This document shows positions 15,992 through 23,427 of a stretch of DNA of 36,178 bases, one piece after another (position 1 is the first letter of the stretch; every line of letters begins with the position of its first letter). Under the pieces are notes generated by a model. That model was not told the DNA's origin. It saw only the letters and a program-made list of their open reading frames with translations, and ran no database searches. A program made the translations under genes and the position numbers. The DNA is from a virus, in IMG/VR virus record IMGVR_UViG_3300045988_025848, positions 1 through 36,178 of that record; one strand, 5' to 3'.

Positions 15992-18353
15992 ATTGAGTTT
16001 TTACGTTATCATCGTACTCGGGCGCGTTATGGTTGTCAATCACGCGTTTACCTGTCCATGTTTTAATAGATGTAGACACGTAACCACCGCATAGAGTTAT
16101 GTCCCCAATCGGTGAAATCGAGTTGTTTATCACTGCATTATCTTTAATAGTAACCGTGCCAATACTTGCACCTGATAAACCGCCCGCTGCTGTTATTGTA
16201 GCGTTATCCCTCATAACCAAAGTAGGAGAAACAGATCTAAGTTCCCCCAGCACCTTTGAATTATCATACATGAACACCTTAAGACCAGCAAGCGCTAGGG
16301 TCGCAATAGAATTGTACACGGCGTTACCCTCCATAACAAGGCTCGCAAATGTCTGCACATTTTCGGAGGTCTTGGTACATACTGTATTATCCTTCATATA
16401 TGCGTATCCGTTTACAGCCATTCCCGACATAACGGCGTTACCGCCGAAGTAGCCCGATCCGACTACGCTAGCATTGACGAGTGTAGCGTTATCCTCTACG
16501 CGGATACTGCCTTTCATGTTAACCGCTGTTGCGCCTGTGTTCACGATCTTACAACCGTTGTACACCGTTACGGTTACGCCTGCAAGGTCTGCCGGTGTGA
16601 GTACGCTACCGTTTGAGCGGTTGAATGTAATCATTGCATAAGGATATTGCAGTAAACTAGCCGGTATTGTGCTCGCCCCGGTTTGCCACCCTGAATGTTG
16701 GATGAACTTAAGGTTCACATCTAATATAGTGTACATGAATCGCACGCCTGTCGGGACGTTCTCAACCTTAAGCCCGTTTGCACCATTGATCCGTAACGGT
16801 ACATTCATGACAACATTCGCTATTTGTTCCGGTACGGCGGTAGGCGGTGTGGTTGTAGTGTTAAAACCTCCTTGTACCGCACGCGGTTGAACGTTCAGAA
16901 CCTGTGCCAATGGATGGCTACGTACTGAATTACCGAACACGTTTGTACCTGCTATGTCAAACAGTCCGTTTAAATATGCGTCCTTATAGATCGTAGTGCC
17001 ATAAGAGCTTACAGTGCTCGCCATGAGTAGAGACCTAACACTTTCGTATGCTTCTACCAACGCCCCAAAAACAGCCCCCGTTGTTGAATATACCCGGTAC
17101 ATCCCTTCTACCTCCGAACTCCCTAGGGTACGATCCGTGGAGAATGTTTTACCCAAATCCGCGCTAGCCTTCGCGAAGTCAATATTTACGTAGGTGTTCT
17201 TGATTTGTGCGTGATGATAGAACCTGCCGTCCGGAACGTTACAACCTTGGAAGATGAAAGGCATGTTAGCGGTTTGCGCTGCTGCCAGTCCCGGAAAGAT
17301 CGTAGGTGATACGGAGAAGTTATCACAGTCGTTAGCCTGTATAATAGAGTGCGCTGTTACAACATTGGTTCCAACGGGTAACCCTGTAAACGTCAAGTTC
17401 TTAACATTGCTATAAACCCCTGCGCCCTGCGAACTGCTCAACGTCGCGTCAATGACTACATTACACCCTGCAAATTCGGAAATAAGACGGACCACCCGAA
17501 CAGCCGTCGCGTGGCCGTTTATAACTACTTTGGAGTTTCTAATCACGCTGTCCGGGTACTTCGTGCCCAATGCGATTGAGTAAAAACCGCCCGGACGAAT
17601 GGAGACCATACCTGTGCTAGTTACCGGGTTTATTTCAAGGCGTGAATCAATCACTACCAGCTTTGTATCGAACAACCCCGTAAACGTGATTTTAGCAGCT
17701 GTTGCGTCTGCCGGGACAGTAGCAGCGAACGGCTCCTTCACCAAACGTACTAGAAAGTACTGCCCTGCTGGAATGGCCAGCGTCACACCTACCCCTGTTC
17801 TAGTTGATGCCGTAGCCGTCATGCCGTTGCCGTCACGATCTAAAACGTAGGCTTGAACCGCATACCCCGGAACATCAACCTTCAGCGTTGTTGCCATGCC
17901 GCCCATGAATATTGGGGCTTTAGTTCTCACGTAATTATTACTAACGGACTTCATAGTTTCCCAGTTAGCCCCCGATACGAAATTTAGCATTCCCTGTTCG
18001 AAGTCATCCGCTGTCAGTACTACAGCGTCCGCCGCTGTCGGTTCTGATTCGAATATCAGTTTGCTACCCACTACGACACTAGACCCTAGAATGTCTACGG
18101 CGGGTGAGCCGCTAACAGGCAAAGTCGCTTCGGCTACATCAACGATCGAATCCCCGCCGATGCGTGCACCGGGAAAACCGAAGTTGCCCCTAAACAGCCA
18201 GCAAAGCCCGTCCTGTGATAATGTATTCTCGTCGTACACGATGCCACCCACGTCGCCAATATTGACGTAACGGTCGCCCACCTGCCACGAACGAAGGGCG
18301 CGTACTCGTCTGTCGCTCCCTACTGTAATAATCTCATACTTTTTTAAACCCAT
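15981..18353 (-). CDS. Fibre / spike-like protein with beta-helix-type repeats (790 aa)
   Basis: The C-terminal aa 600-760 carry at least 7 spaced [DG]N[AST][VTIK] repeats (EDNATLVN, GGNAVMS, KDNTVCT, EGNAVYN, YDNSKVL, RDNATIT, KDNAVIN). There are also two copies of a module of about 110 aa shared with the 740-aa protein. Confidence 0.55.
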   Translation of the reverse strand: MGLKKYEIITVGSDRRVRALRSWQVGDRYVNIGDVGGIVYDENTLSQDGLCWLFRGNFGFPGARIGGDSIVDVAEATLPVSGSPAVDILGSSVVVGSKLIFESEPTAADAVVLTADDFEQGMLNFVSGANWETMKSVSNNYVRTKAPIFMGGMATTLKVDVPGYAVQAYVLDRDGNGMTATASTRTGVGVTLAIPAGQYFLVRLVKEPFAATVPADATAAKITFTGLFDTKLVVIDSRLEINPVTSTGMVSIRPGGFYSIALGTKYPDSVIRNSKVVINGHATAVRVVRLISEFAGCNVVIDATLSSSQGAGVYSNVKNLTFTGLPVGTNVVTAHSIIQANDCDNFSVSPTIFPGLAAAQTANMPFIFQGCNVPDGRFYHHAQIKNTYVNIDFAKASADLGKTFSTDRTLGSSEVEGMYRVYSTTGAVFGALVEAYESVRSLLMASTVSSYGTTIYKDAYLNGLFDIAGTNVFGNSVRSHPLAQVLNVQPRAVQGGFNTTTTPPTAVPEQIANVVMNVPLRINGANGLKVENVPTGVRFMYTILDVNLKFIQHSGWQTGASTIPASLLQYPYAMITFNRSNGSVLTPADLAGVTVTVYNGCKIVNTGATAVNMKGSIRVEDNATLVNASVVGSGYFGGNAVMSGMAVNGYAYMKDNTVCTKTSENVQTFASLVMEGNAVYNSIATLALAGLKVFMYDNSKVLGELRSVSPTLVMRDNATITAAGGLSGASIGTVTIKDNAVINNSISPIGDITLCGGYVSTSIKTWTGKRVIDNHNAPEYDDNVKTQYDF

Positions 18354-18357
18354 AACG

Positions 18358-19038
18358 TTATGATTTATAATGTTTCTTCATCTCTGCCTTTTGTTTCTCG
18401 TTCTCCTCGTGACGCTTTGACAACGCCAGCATCGCATCTAGATAATTGATCCGCTTCGCGTCCTCGAACGAACAAGCGAACAATTCCGCTGTAGCCTGTA
18501 CGAGCGTCAGCACGTTCTTCGCCTCCTTTATCGGATCGTCTTCCGGCGTGCTTCCTGCATCAAAAGGGAACAACCGCTTTTCTAGTCCGTCTGCCGTCTC
18601 GATCTGCTCCTTAATGTACTTCGTAGCGCAAAGCAAATGGTAGACGTTGTCCGGCGCATACTCGGCCGGCTTGTGCTCGATAGGCGTACACCACTTCGTA
18701 ACCTTCTCCGTTGCCGTCTCGCTCCTTCTCGCCTCGATCACCTGCCACAGTGTTACGTCCTCGATACGGGGTATGCGGTACACGAGCTCCCTATTTTTAA
18801 CTATAAAAGGGTCGGCCTTAGCGTACTCTGCCACCGCGTTAAGTGTCGCTGCTTGGTCAGAAGTTAGGCCGCCCTTATAATTCGGATGCAAGTTACAAAT
18901 ATATTCTAATTGTTTGCCGTTGTAATACCCACAAATTTTCCACCACAAGCGGCGGAAAGCGTTTTTAATCTTTCCCCGCCAGTTGGTTTGCTCATTCAGG
19001 ATCAACCACTCCACGCCATAAAACGCTGTTTTACTCAT
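18358..19038 (-). CDS. Hypothetical protein (226 aa from the ATG at 19038; the track start at 19044 is TTG)
   Basis: ORF in the track with no motif. ATGAGTAA overlap with the upstream small ORF. Confidence 0.55.
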   Translation of the reverse strand: MSKTAFYGVEWLILNEQTNWRGKIKNAFRRLWWKICGYYNGKQLEYICNLHPNYKGGLTSDQAATLNAVAEYAKADPFIVKNRELVYRIPRIEDVTLWQVIEARRSETATEKVTKWCTPIEHKPAEYAPDNVYHLLCATKYIKEQIETADGLEKRLFPFDAGSTPEDDPIKEAKNVLTLVQATAELFACSFEDAKRINYLDAMLALSKRHEENEKQKAEMKKHYKS

Positions 19039-19189
19039 ATTCAATCAGTTCTAGTTCTTCGTAATAATACCACTCCTCAACGTTCGATCCGTCCCATTGC
19101 ACGACCACGCCTAACACGTCGGTCTCTGTAACCGTCCCGGCGTTCCCGGCGTAATCGTATTTAATGCGTACTCGATCGTCTACTCTCAT
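19031..19189 (-). CDS. 52-aa small protein (SH3/KOW-like beta pattern)
   Basis: Hand translation: MRVDDRVRIKYDYAGNAGTVTETDVLGVVVQWDGSNVEEWYYYEELELIEYE. It exactly fills the gap between terL and the next gene. Confidence 0.45.
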   Translation of the reverse strand: MRVDDRVRIKYDYAGNAGTVTETDVLGVVVQWDGSNVEEWYYYEELELIEYE

Positions 19190-19198
19190 GCTGCAAAT

Positions 19199-20371
19199 CT
19201 AATCATTATTTGCGTATCTCGGGCGGTATTTACGTATAAGATAATCAACGCCGTAACGCACAGCGTCTAATGCGTGGTTGTAAGCGTCTATCGGCTCGTT
19301 AGTGTACGTGTCGGTCAGGTTGTCCTTGACGTAAGTGTAATTGTCAGCCTCGTCCAGCACGTTAGTGCTACGCTTCGTTACGAACAGGTTGAACTGCTTC
19401 ACCTGCTGTATGCCTGCCCGGATCGATCCTTTCCCCTTGATGCATGGGATCGTGTTGCAGCCTAGGCCGCGCAACTCTATAATAGACTTCTGCTCGGCGT
19501 TGTCACATACCGTAATGGTACGGTCCAGTCTTTCTGCCTTAAGCCGTTCGGCGATCGTGCGGTTTAACATCTTCGTCTCGTAGCACACCTCGTCTATGTA
19601 CAGGTTCATGCCCCGCATGTAGATTTTGACGATAGCGGTCGGGTCGTTCTGGAAGCCGAAGTCAAGCCCTGTAACGAACTTAACGTCCTCGCCCGTTAAA
19701 TCCTCCGGGAGATTGTCGATCGTCTCAATTTGGGGATATACGAGGCCTTCCAGCCCGCCAGTCAGCCCTTCACCGTATACGCGCCACCAGTTAGCGTCCT
19801 TTGCGTTCCGCTCTATGGCTTCTACCTGTTGTTTGGATAGGTACGGGTTATCCTTGTAGGTTGAGTGGATCGTTACGTACTTGTCACCTGTGAAGTCCGT
19901 CTCGCCCCAGAAGCGCCGCACCGGGTTAAAGTCAATAATAACCTTAATCGTGGTACGTACGTCTAACTGCCTGAATATCTCGCGGGGCACACGCTGCGCC
20001 TCGTTGATAAACAGAATGTCACGCGCCGGGCCATGAACCTTCGACGCGTTGTCACACCCGAAGAACTCGATACACACCCCCGGCTTCACCGTGTAGATCA
20101 GGTCGGACTTGTTAAGCGCGTTGTCGTCCCACACCCCCTCGTCCAGCAGCATGTTCTGGAAGTCGCGGAACATACCGCGCTTCACGGCCGGGAGCGTGTC
20201 GGTAACGCAAGAGATCATCAGAGGCTCGGTGCTTTCGTTAGCAACCAAATAGAGGAGCTGTAACACGCTCCACGTCTTAGATGAACGCGTACCACCTTTA
20301 CTCGCGATACCTCTTATATAGGGATCGCAAAACGGTCCTATCATCTTGTTAAATACATAGGTACAGTTCAT
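19199..20371 (-). CDS. terL: Terminase large subunit (PBSX-like family)
   Basis: Walker A-like GGTRSSKT, ILFINEAQ, YKDNPYLS, GLDFGFQNDPTA and NHALDAVRYG are characteristic of PBSX-type TerL. TAATG overlap with terS. Confidence 0.9.
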   Translation of the reverse strand: MNCTYVFNKMIGPFCDPYIRGIASKGGTRSSKTWSVLQLLYLVANESTEPLMISCVTDTLPAVKRGMFRDFQNMLLDEGVWDDNALNKSDLIYTVKPGVCIEFFGCDNASKVHGPARDILFINEAQRVPREIFRQLDVRTTIKVIIDFNPVRRFWGETDFTGDKYVTIHSTYKDNPYLSKQQVEAIERNAKDANWWRVYGEGLTGGLEGLVYPQIETIDNLPEDLTGEDVKFVTGLDFGFQNDPTAIVKIYMRGMNLYIDEVCYETKMLNRTIAERLKAERLDRTITVCDNAEQKSIIELRGLGCNTIPCIKGKGSIRAGIQQVKQFNLFVTKRSTNVLDEADNYTYVKDNLTDTYTNEPIDAYNHALDAVRYGVDYLIRKYRPRYANND

Positions 20372-21060
20372 TACTTATCCTCCTCTTTATGATCCTTCTT
20401 GAAGTTCTTAATCGAGCTAACCTTTGCGCGTACTTTCGGATCGGTGACATTCACGGTCAAACCGCCTTTGATGGCTTCGCCGTTAGAAGTGTAGTCCATT
20501 TGCGTTTTAATGCCCCGTAAGGCACGAACGTAGTTGGCGTCGAACTGTCCCACTGTCGCACCCTGATCGAGGTCCTGTGCGATGGCTTCGCGTATCCTGT
20601 CGATCACCGCTATGAAGTCCGCGCATATCGTCAGATCGAACTCCTTGAGGTTCTCGGCGTAGACGGACCGTCTATTGCTTAAGTACCCGGGATTCGCCCC
20701 CAGAAACATGCAGAACTCGCCTTCCGATTGAAGGTGCTTCTTTGGCACTTCATAGAGCGTCCCAGCCATGTTTCCAGACTTGACGGCCTCCATCGTTATA
20801 ACGGGCGTCGCCTCGCACCAAGCCGAGTAAATCGCATATGACTCCCACAGTTCCTCGGGTTCTTGCCATATTGGCGTTTTGCCGAAGTGCGCCGTAGCTA
20901 GCTGGTAGCACTTGGTGTAGTTGAACGAATCAGCCAGATACCTGGTAGTCGCGTATGTGGGAGCAATTTGTAAGTGCGCGTAATCCGGCCTGACCTTCTC
21001 GACTTTCGGCAACTGTACCGCTTCCTTCGTTTCTATAATTTCTTTCTTCTTTATAGCCAT
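20371..21060 (-). CDS. terS: Terminase small subunit candidate (229 aa)
   Basis: Lies directly upstream of terL. The central region (FCMFLGANPGYLSN...NLKEFD...IDRIREAIAQDL) resembles gp3-type small terminases. Confidence 0.7.
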   Translation of the reverse strand: MAIKKKEIIETKEAVQLPKVEKVRPDYAHLQIAPTYATTRYLADSFNYTKCYQLATAHFGKTPIWQEPEELWESYAIYSAWCEATPVITMEAVKSGNMAGTLYEVPKKHLQSEGEFCMFLGANPGYLSNRRSVYAENLKEFDLTICADFIAVIDRIREAIAQDLDQGATVGQFDANYVRALRGIKTQMDYTSNGEAIKGGLTVNVTDPKVRAKVSSIKNFKKDHKEEDK

Positions 21061-21082
21061 ATAATTTTTATTTACAACTCTA

Positions 21083-21090
21083 CAAAATTA
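21083..21090 (-). promoter_or_regulatory. -7-like box TAATTTTG, 22 nt upstream of the terS ATG, with no -33 TTTG at canonical spacing
   Basis: The minus strand reads TAATTTTG. A missing -33 element would fit an activator-dependent late promoter. Confidence 0.3.
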
Positions 21091-21133
21091 CTCTTTTTTC
21101 GCTCAAATCGCCATCTTTCCACCTACCAAAACC

Positions 21134-21186
21134 ATGTTTACACCCCGAAACCCCGATGAACAGGGCGTTTCAGCCCAAGTGTAAAC
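21134..21186. promoter_or_regulatory. Inverted repeat GTTTACAC-N35-GTGTAAAC, including the shared 12-mer ATGTTTACACCC
   Basis: Arms at 21136-21143 and 21179-21186 are exact reverse complements. A further TGTAAAGG lies at 21189-21196. Confidence 0.5.
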
Positions 21187-21219
21187 GCTGTAAAGGTAAA
21201 AAAGGGTTTCCCCTATATA

Positions 21220-21403
21220 TTATATTTAAATATTTCCATAATTTTATTATTATTTTTATACAATAGTATATTTATGTTAACTCTATTATTACTTATTAAT
21301 AGTTACTAACTAGTATATATCTTTATATCTATTACATATATACTATATTACAATATAAAGTACTATAAATAAGCAAGTTAAGTGAGAAAGATACAAATTT
21401 TAA
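21220..21403. repeat. AT-rich non-coding element, copy B (184 bp); paralogue of 1143..1327
   Basis: Same boundary motifs as copy A and nearly the same length. The interior has diverged but is almost entirely A/T. Confidence 0.8.
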
Positions 21404-21554
21404 CCAATTACATCAAAAACTTGAAAAATGCGTTCTGCGTCCTGTGGGGCTGGTCAGGTGTAAAACACGAAATGGCAATGTAAAGGAAGTTTTCACTACT
21501 TTTTTGTCAAAAACGCGCCTTTTAGCTAAAATACCGTTAAAATTAAACTTTTCT

Positions 21555-21584
21555 CTCACAAAGTTTTTTCTCACAAAGTTTTTT
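21555..21584. repeat. Perfect tandem 15-mer CTCACAAAGTTTTTT x2
   Basis: Read directly. The second unit plus GAGAA also forms TTCTCA-N10-TGAGAA. Confidence 0.8.
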
Positions 21585-21620
21585 GAGAAGTGCGCCAAAG
21601 GCGTGTTAACGGTTTTAACA

Positions 21621-21654
21621 CAAAAAGGGGTTAACGTTTTTATACATTAACCCC
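21621..21654 (-). terminator. Rho-independent terminator ending the early block
   Basis: The minus strand has stem GGGGTTAA / TTAACCCC with a 12-nt loop, followed by TTTTTG, 7 nt after the stop of 21662..22201. Two further short hairpins follow at 21603-21621 and 21592-21604. Confidence 0.7.
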
Positions 21655-21661
21655 CTAAGTC

Positions 21662-22201
21662 CTATATAACCAACCCGTATAAAACCTTCCAGTCGTCCAA
21701 AATTTCTTTACATTTCCATTTCTCCGCCCTTTCTATGTTTTCCCATCTCAAAGTACGGTGGTTCAACTTGTCTAGCGTCCTGCTACCGTCACAGTACATA
21801 TTGACCCGGTACAACATTGAAACCTCTATGCCATATTTGTTCGTCTCGGTGTCCCCGCTCGTGTAGATCGGGCGTTCTATATCGTCATTCTCATAAGGCC
21901 CTACGCGCTTCTTGTCCTTGTCACGGTACAGCATATTCTCTACTGTCGGTATGCGTTCCGGGTCGGTTCGGGTGTTCCTGTCGTCCCGTACTTTACTAGC
22001 GGCGAACATTATGTCCCGGATCACCTCGCAGAATATCTCGGCGTTTACGGCGTGGAACGGTTTGCCCTTCACCTTGGCGTACTTCACGCCGTTCGCCTCA
22101 AGCCAATTGAATATGAAAAACGCATGGATATTATAAACTCGTGCCATATCTTCGATAAGCAGCACCTTTCTCTGTTTCTTCTTAATATATGGTGTCGGCA
22201 T
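21662..22201 (-). CDS. Hypothetical protein with a possible N-terminal HTH (179 aa); last early gene
   Basis: LIEDMARVYNIHAFFIFNWLEANGVKYAKV resembles a Xis/MerR-type HTH. The rest is unassigned. Confidence 0.55.
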   Translation of the reverse strand: MPTPYIKKKQRKVLLIEDMARVYNIHAFFIFNWLEANGVKYAKVKGKPFHAVNAEIFCEVIRDIMFAASKVRDDRNTRTDPERIPTVENMLYRDKDKKRVGPYENDDIERPIYTSGDTETNKYGIEVSMLYRVNMYCDGSRTLDKLNHRTLRWENIERAEKWKCKEILDDWKVLYGLVI

Positions 22202-22202
22202 A

Positions 22203-22304
22203 CTATAAATTATTTAAGATACATACTAAAATACAACCAAGCGCGATCCCTGCCGCAATCGCCAGGACCAGTTGTCCCAGCATTTTCATAAATTCTTTCA
22301 TCAT
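22203..22304 (-). CDS. 33-aa single-pass membrane mini-protein
   Basis: Hand translation: MMKEFMKMLGQLVLAIAAGIALGCILVCILNNL. ATGA overlap with the upstream stop, and its own stop lies 1 nt before the next ATG. Confidence 0.45.
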   Translation of the reverse strand: MMKEFMKMLGQLVLAIAAGIALGCILVCILNNL

Positions 22305-22588
22305 AGCTTCAATGCCTCCTTAAGTTCACCAATCAAACGCAACGCCTCAATTCTCGATAAGTCCACCCGTCGTTCCGGCTCGCTCTTCCTGTAAATTGTT
22401 ATGGTCGTAATCTCTTTAGCCGTACGCGGTACGCGCTCGGCGTAAACCTCCACTTTATCAGGCGCGATCTTTGTAATACGTTCGCACTGCGGTTTACCCT
22501 CTTTCCCTAGGGCTGTCTTAAAACGGCCCGTTGCTTTCTGCATCTCTTCGATCTGTCTCATCTCAAATAAGTAATTCATATTTTCCAT
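22301..22588 (-). CDS. Hypothetical protein (95 aa)
   Basis: ATG ORF in the track, tightly packed. Confidence 0.55.
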   Translation of the reverse strand: MENMNYLFEMRQIEEMQKATGRFKTALGKEGKPQCERITKIAPDKVEVYAERVPRTAKEITTITIYRKSEPERRVDLSRIEALRLIGELKEALKL

Positions 22589-22594
22589 AACTGT

Positions 22595-22756
22595 TTAATT
22601 TAATAACATCCCTAATGATAATAACGCTGCGAATATAAAAACGACGAACCCGATTAAAAATCTATCCACCCATTTTCCGTTTTCGGTTATCAACGCGATC
22701 AGTGTACACGCTATAAATAATATAGCTAATACTAGTAAAGTTACAAATACTATCAT
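22595..22756 (-). CDS. 53-aa two-pass membrane mini-protein
   Basis: Hand translation: MIVFVTLLVLAILFIACTLIALITENGKWVDRFLIGFVVFIFAALLSLGMLLN. It exactly fills an intergenic gap. Confidence 0.45.
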   Translation of the reverse strand: MIVFVTLLVLAILFIACTLIALITENGKWVDRFLIGFVVFIFAALLSLGMLLN

Positions 22757-22759
22757 ACT

Positions 22760-23227
22760 TTAAAATACTAAATTGATTAATAGCCTTATCACATAGTCCA
22801 GCCCCAGCACCAGCATAACGCCGTGCCCGATCACCCCGCCAACCGCGGTTAGTGCGAAGTCTACAAAATCAGCCTTCCCGCCGTACAAATGGTCTTTAAC
22901 TTCCATGCCAAAGCCTACGCCCGTAGTGAAATGTGAACCGCACACCGCACCAAGCGGGATCGCAAATAAGAAATGCTTCCAGCGATTAGACGCTTTCCAC
23001 CAATCGCCTATCTTCTGATACCACTTCCGGGGGATCTCCGCTGATAATTTGAACGAGAAAGGTGCGAACCGTCCGCCGCTGTCTGACAATAGGGCGAAAA
23101 TAGAATCCTCCAACGGTTCATAAGAATAATTATCTTCTCCTATAATTCTTTTAATTCCTAAATACCTGTAGCGTTTTCCGTCGCCCAAAATCACTACGTC
23201 ACCTTTTTTGTAATCTGTTGTTTTCAT
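22760..23227 (-). CDS. Membrane protein with a Gly-rich hydrophobic C-terminal half (155 aa)
   Basis: C-terminus reads FLFAIPLGAVCGSHFTTGVGFG...ALTAVGGVIGHGVMLVLGL. Confidence 0.55.
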   Translation of the reverse strand: MKTTDYKKGDVVILGDGKRYRYLGIKRIIGEDNYSYEPLEDSIFALLSDSGGRFAPFSFKLSAEIPRKWYQKIGDWWKASNRWKHFLFAIPLGAVCGSHFTTGVGFGMEVKDHLYGGKADFVDFALTAVGGVIGHGVMLVLGLDYVIRLLINLVF

Positions 23228-23427
23228 ACCTTCTTAAATATTATATTACTACTGTCTATTACATCTACACACACCCACCCTCTAGGACACATGCACGGCT
23301 CGCCGCGCTTGTTGAACGCGCACCCGGCGCATAGCCCGCCTTTCTTCTGTAACTCGGCTACGTATGTTACGCCTTCGTGCTCGGCCTTCTGTCCCGGCTC
23401 GAAAAATATAAGCTTATCTTTTCTCAT
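23224..23427 (-). CDS. Cys-rich small protein (67 aa), paralogue of 24781..24999
   Basis: VTYVAE...LCAGCAF...C.C...C...NIIFKKV aligns with the TYAAVE...CKGCIF...C...C...NVIFKLM pattern. Confidence 0.6.
   Translation of the reverse strand: MRKDKLIFFEPGQKAEHEGVTYVAELQKKGGLCAGCAFNKRGEPCMCPRGWVCVDVIDSSNIIFKKV

Noticed and set aside
21413-21650. The 61-aa minus ORF (21413..21598) and the 68-aa plus ORF (21444..21650) in the large non-coding region
   Set aside because: The minus ORF starts with TTG, and part of its sequence is simply the translated tandem 15-mer (NFVRKNFVR). The two ORFs overlap each other across terminator hairpins. No ATG ORF longer than about 11 codons exists here.
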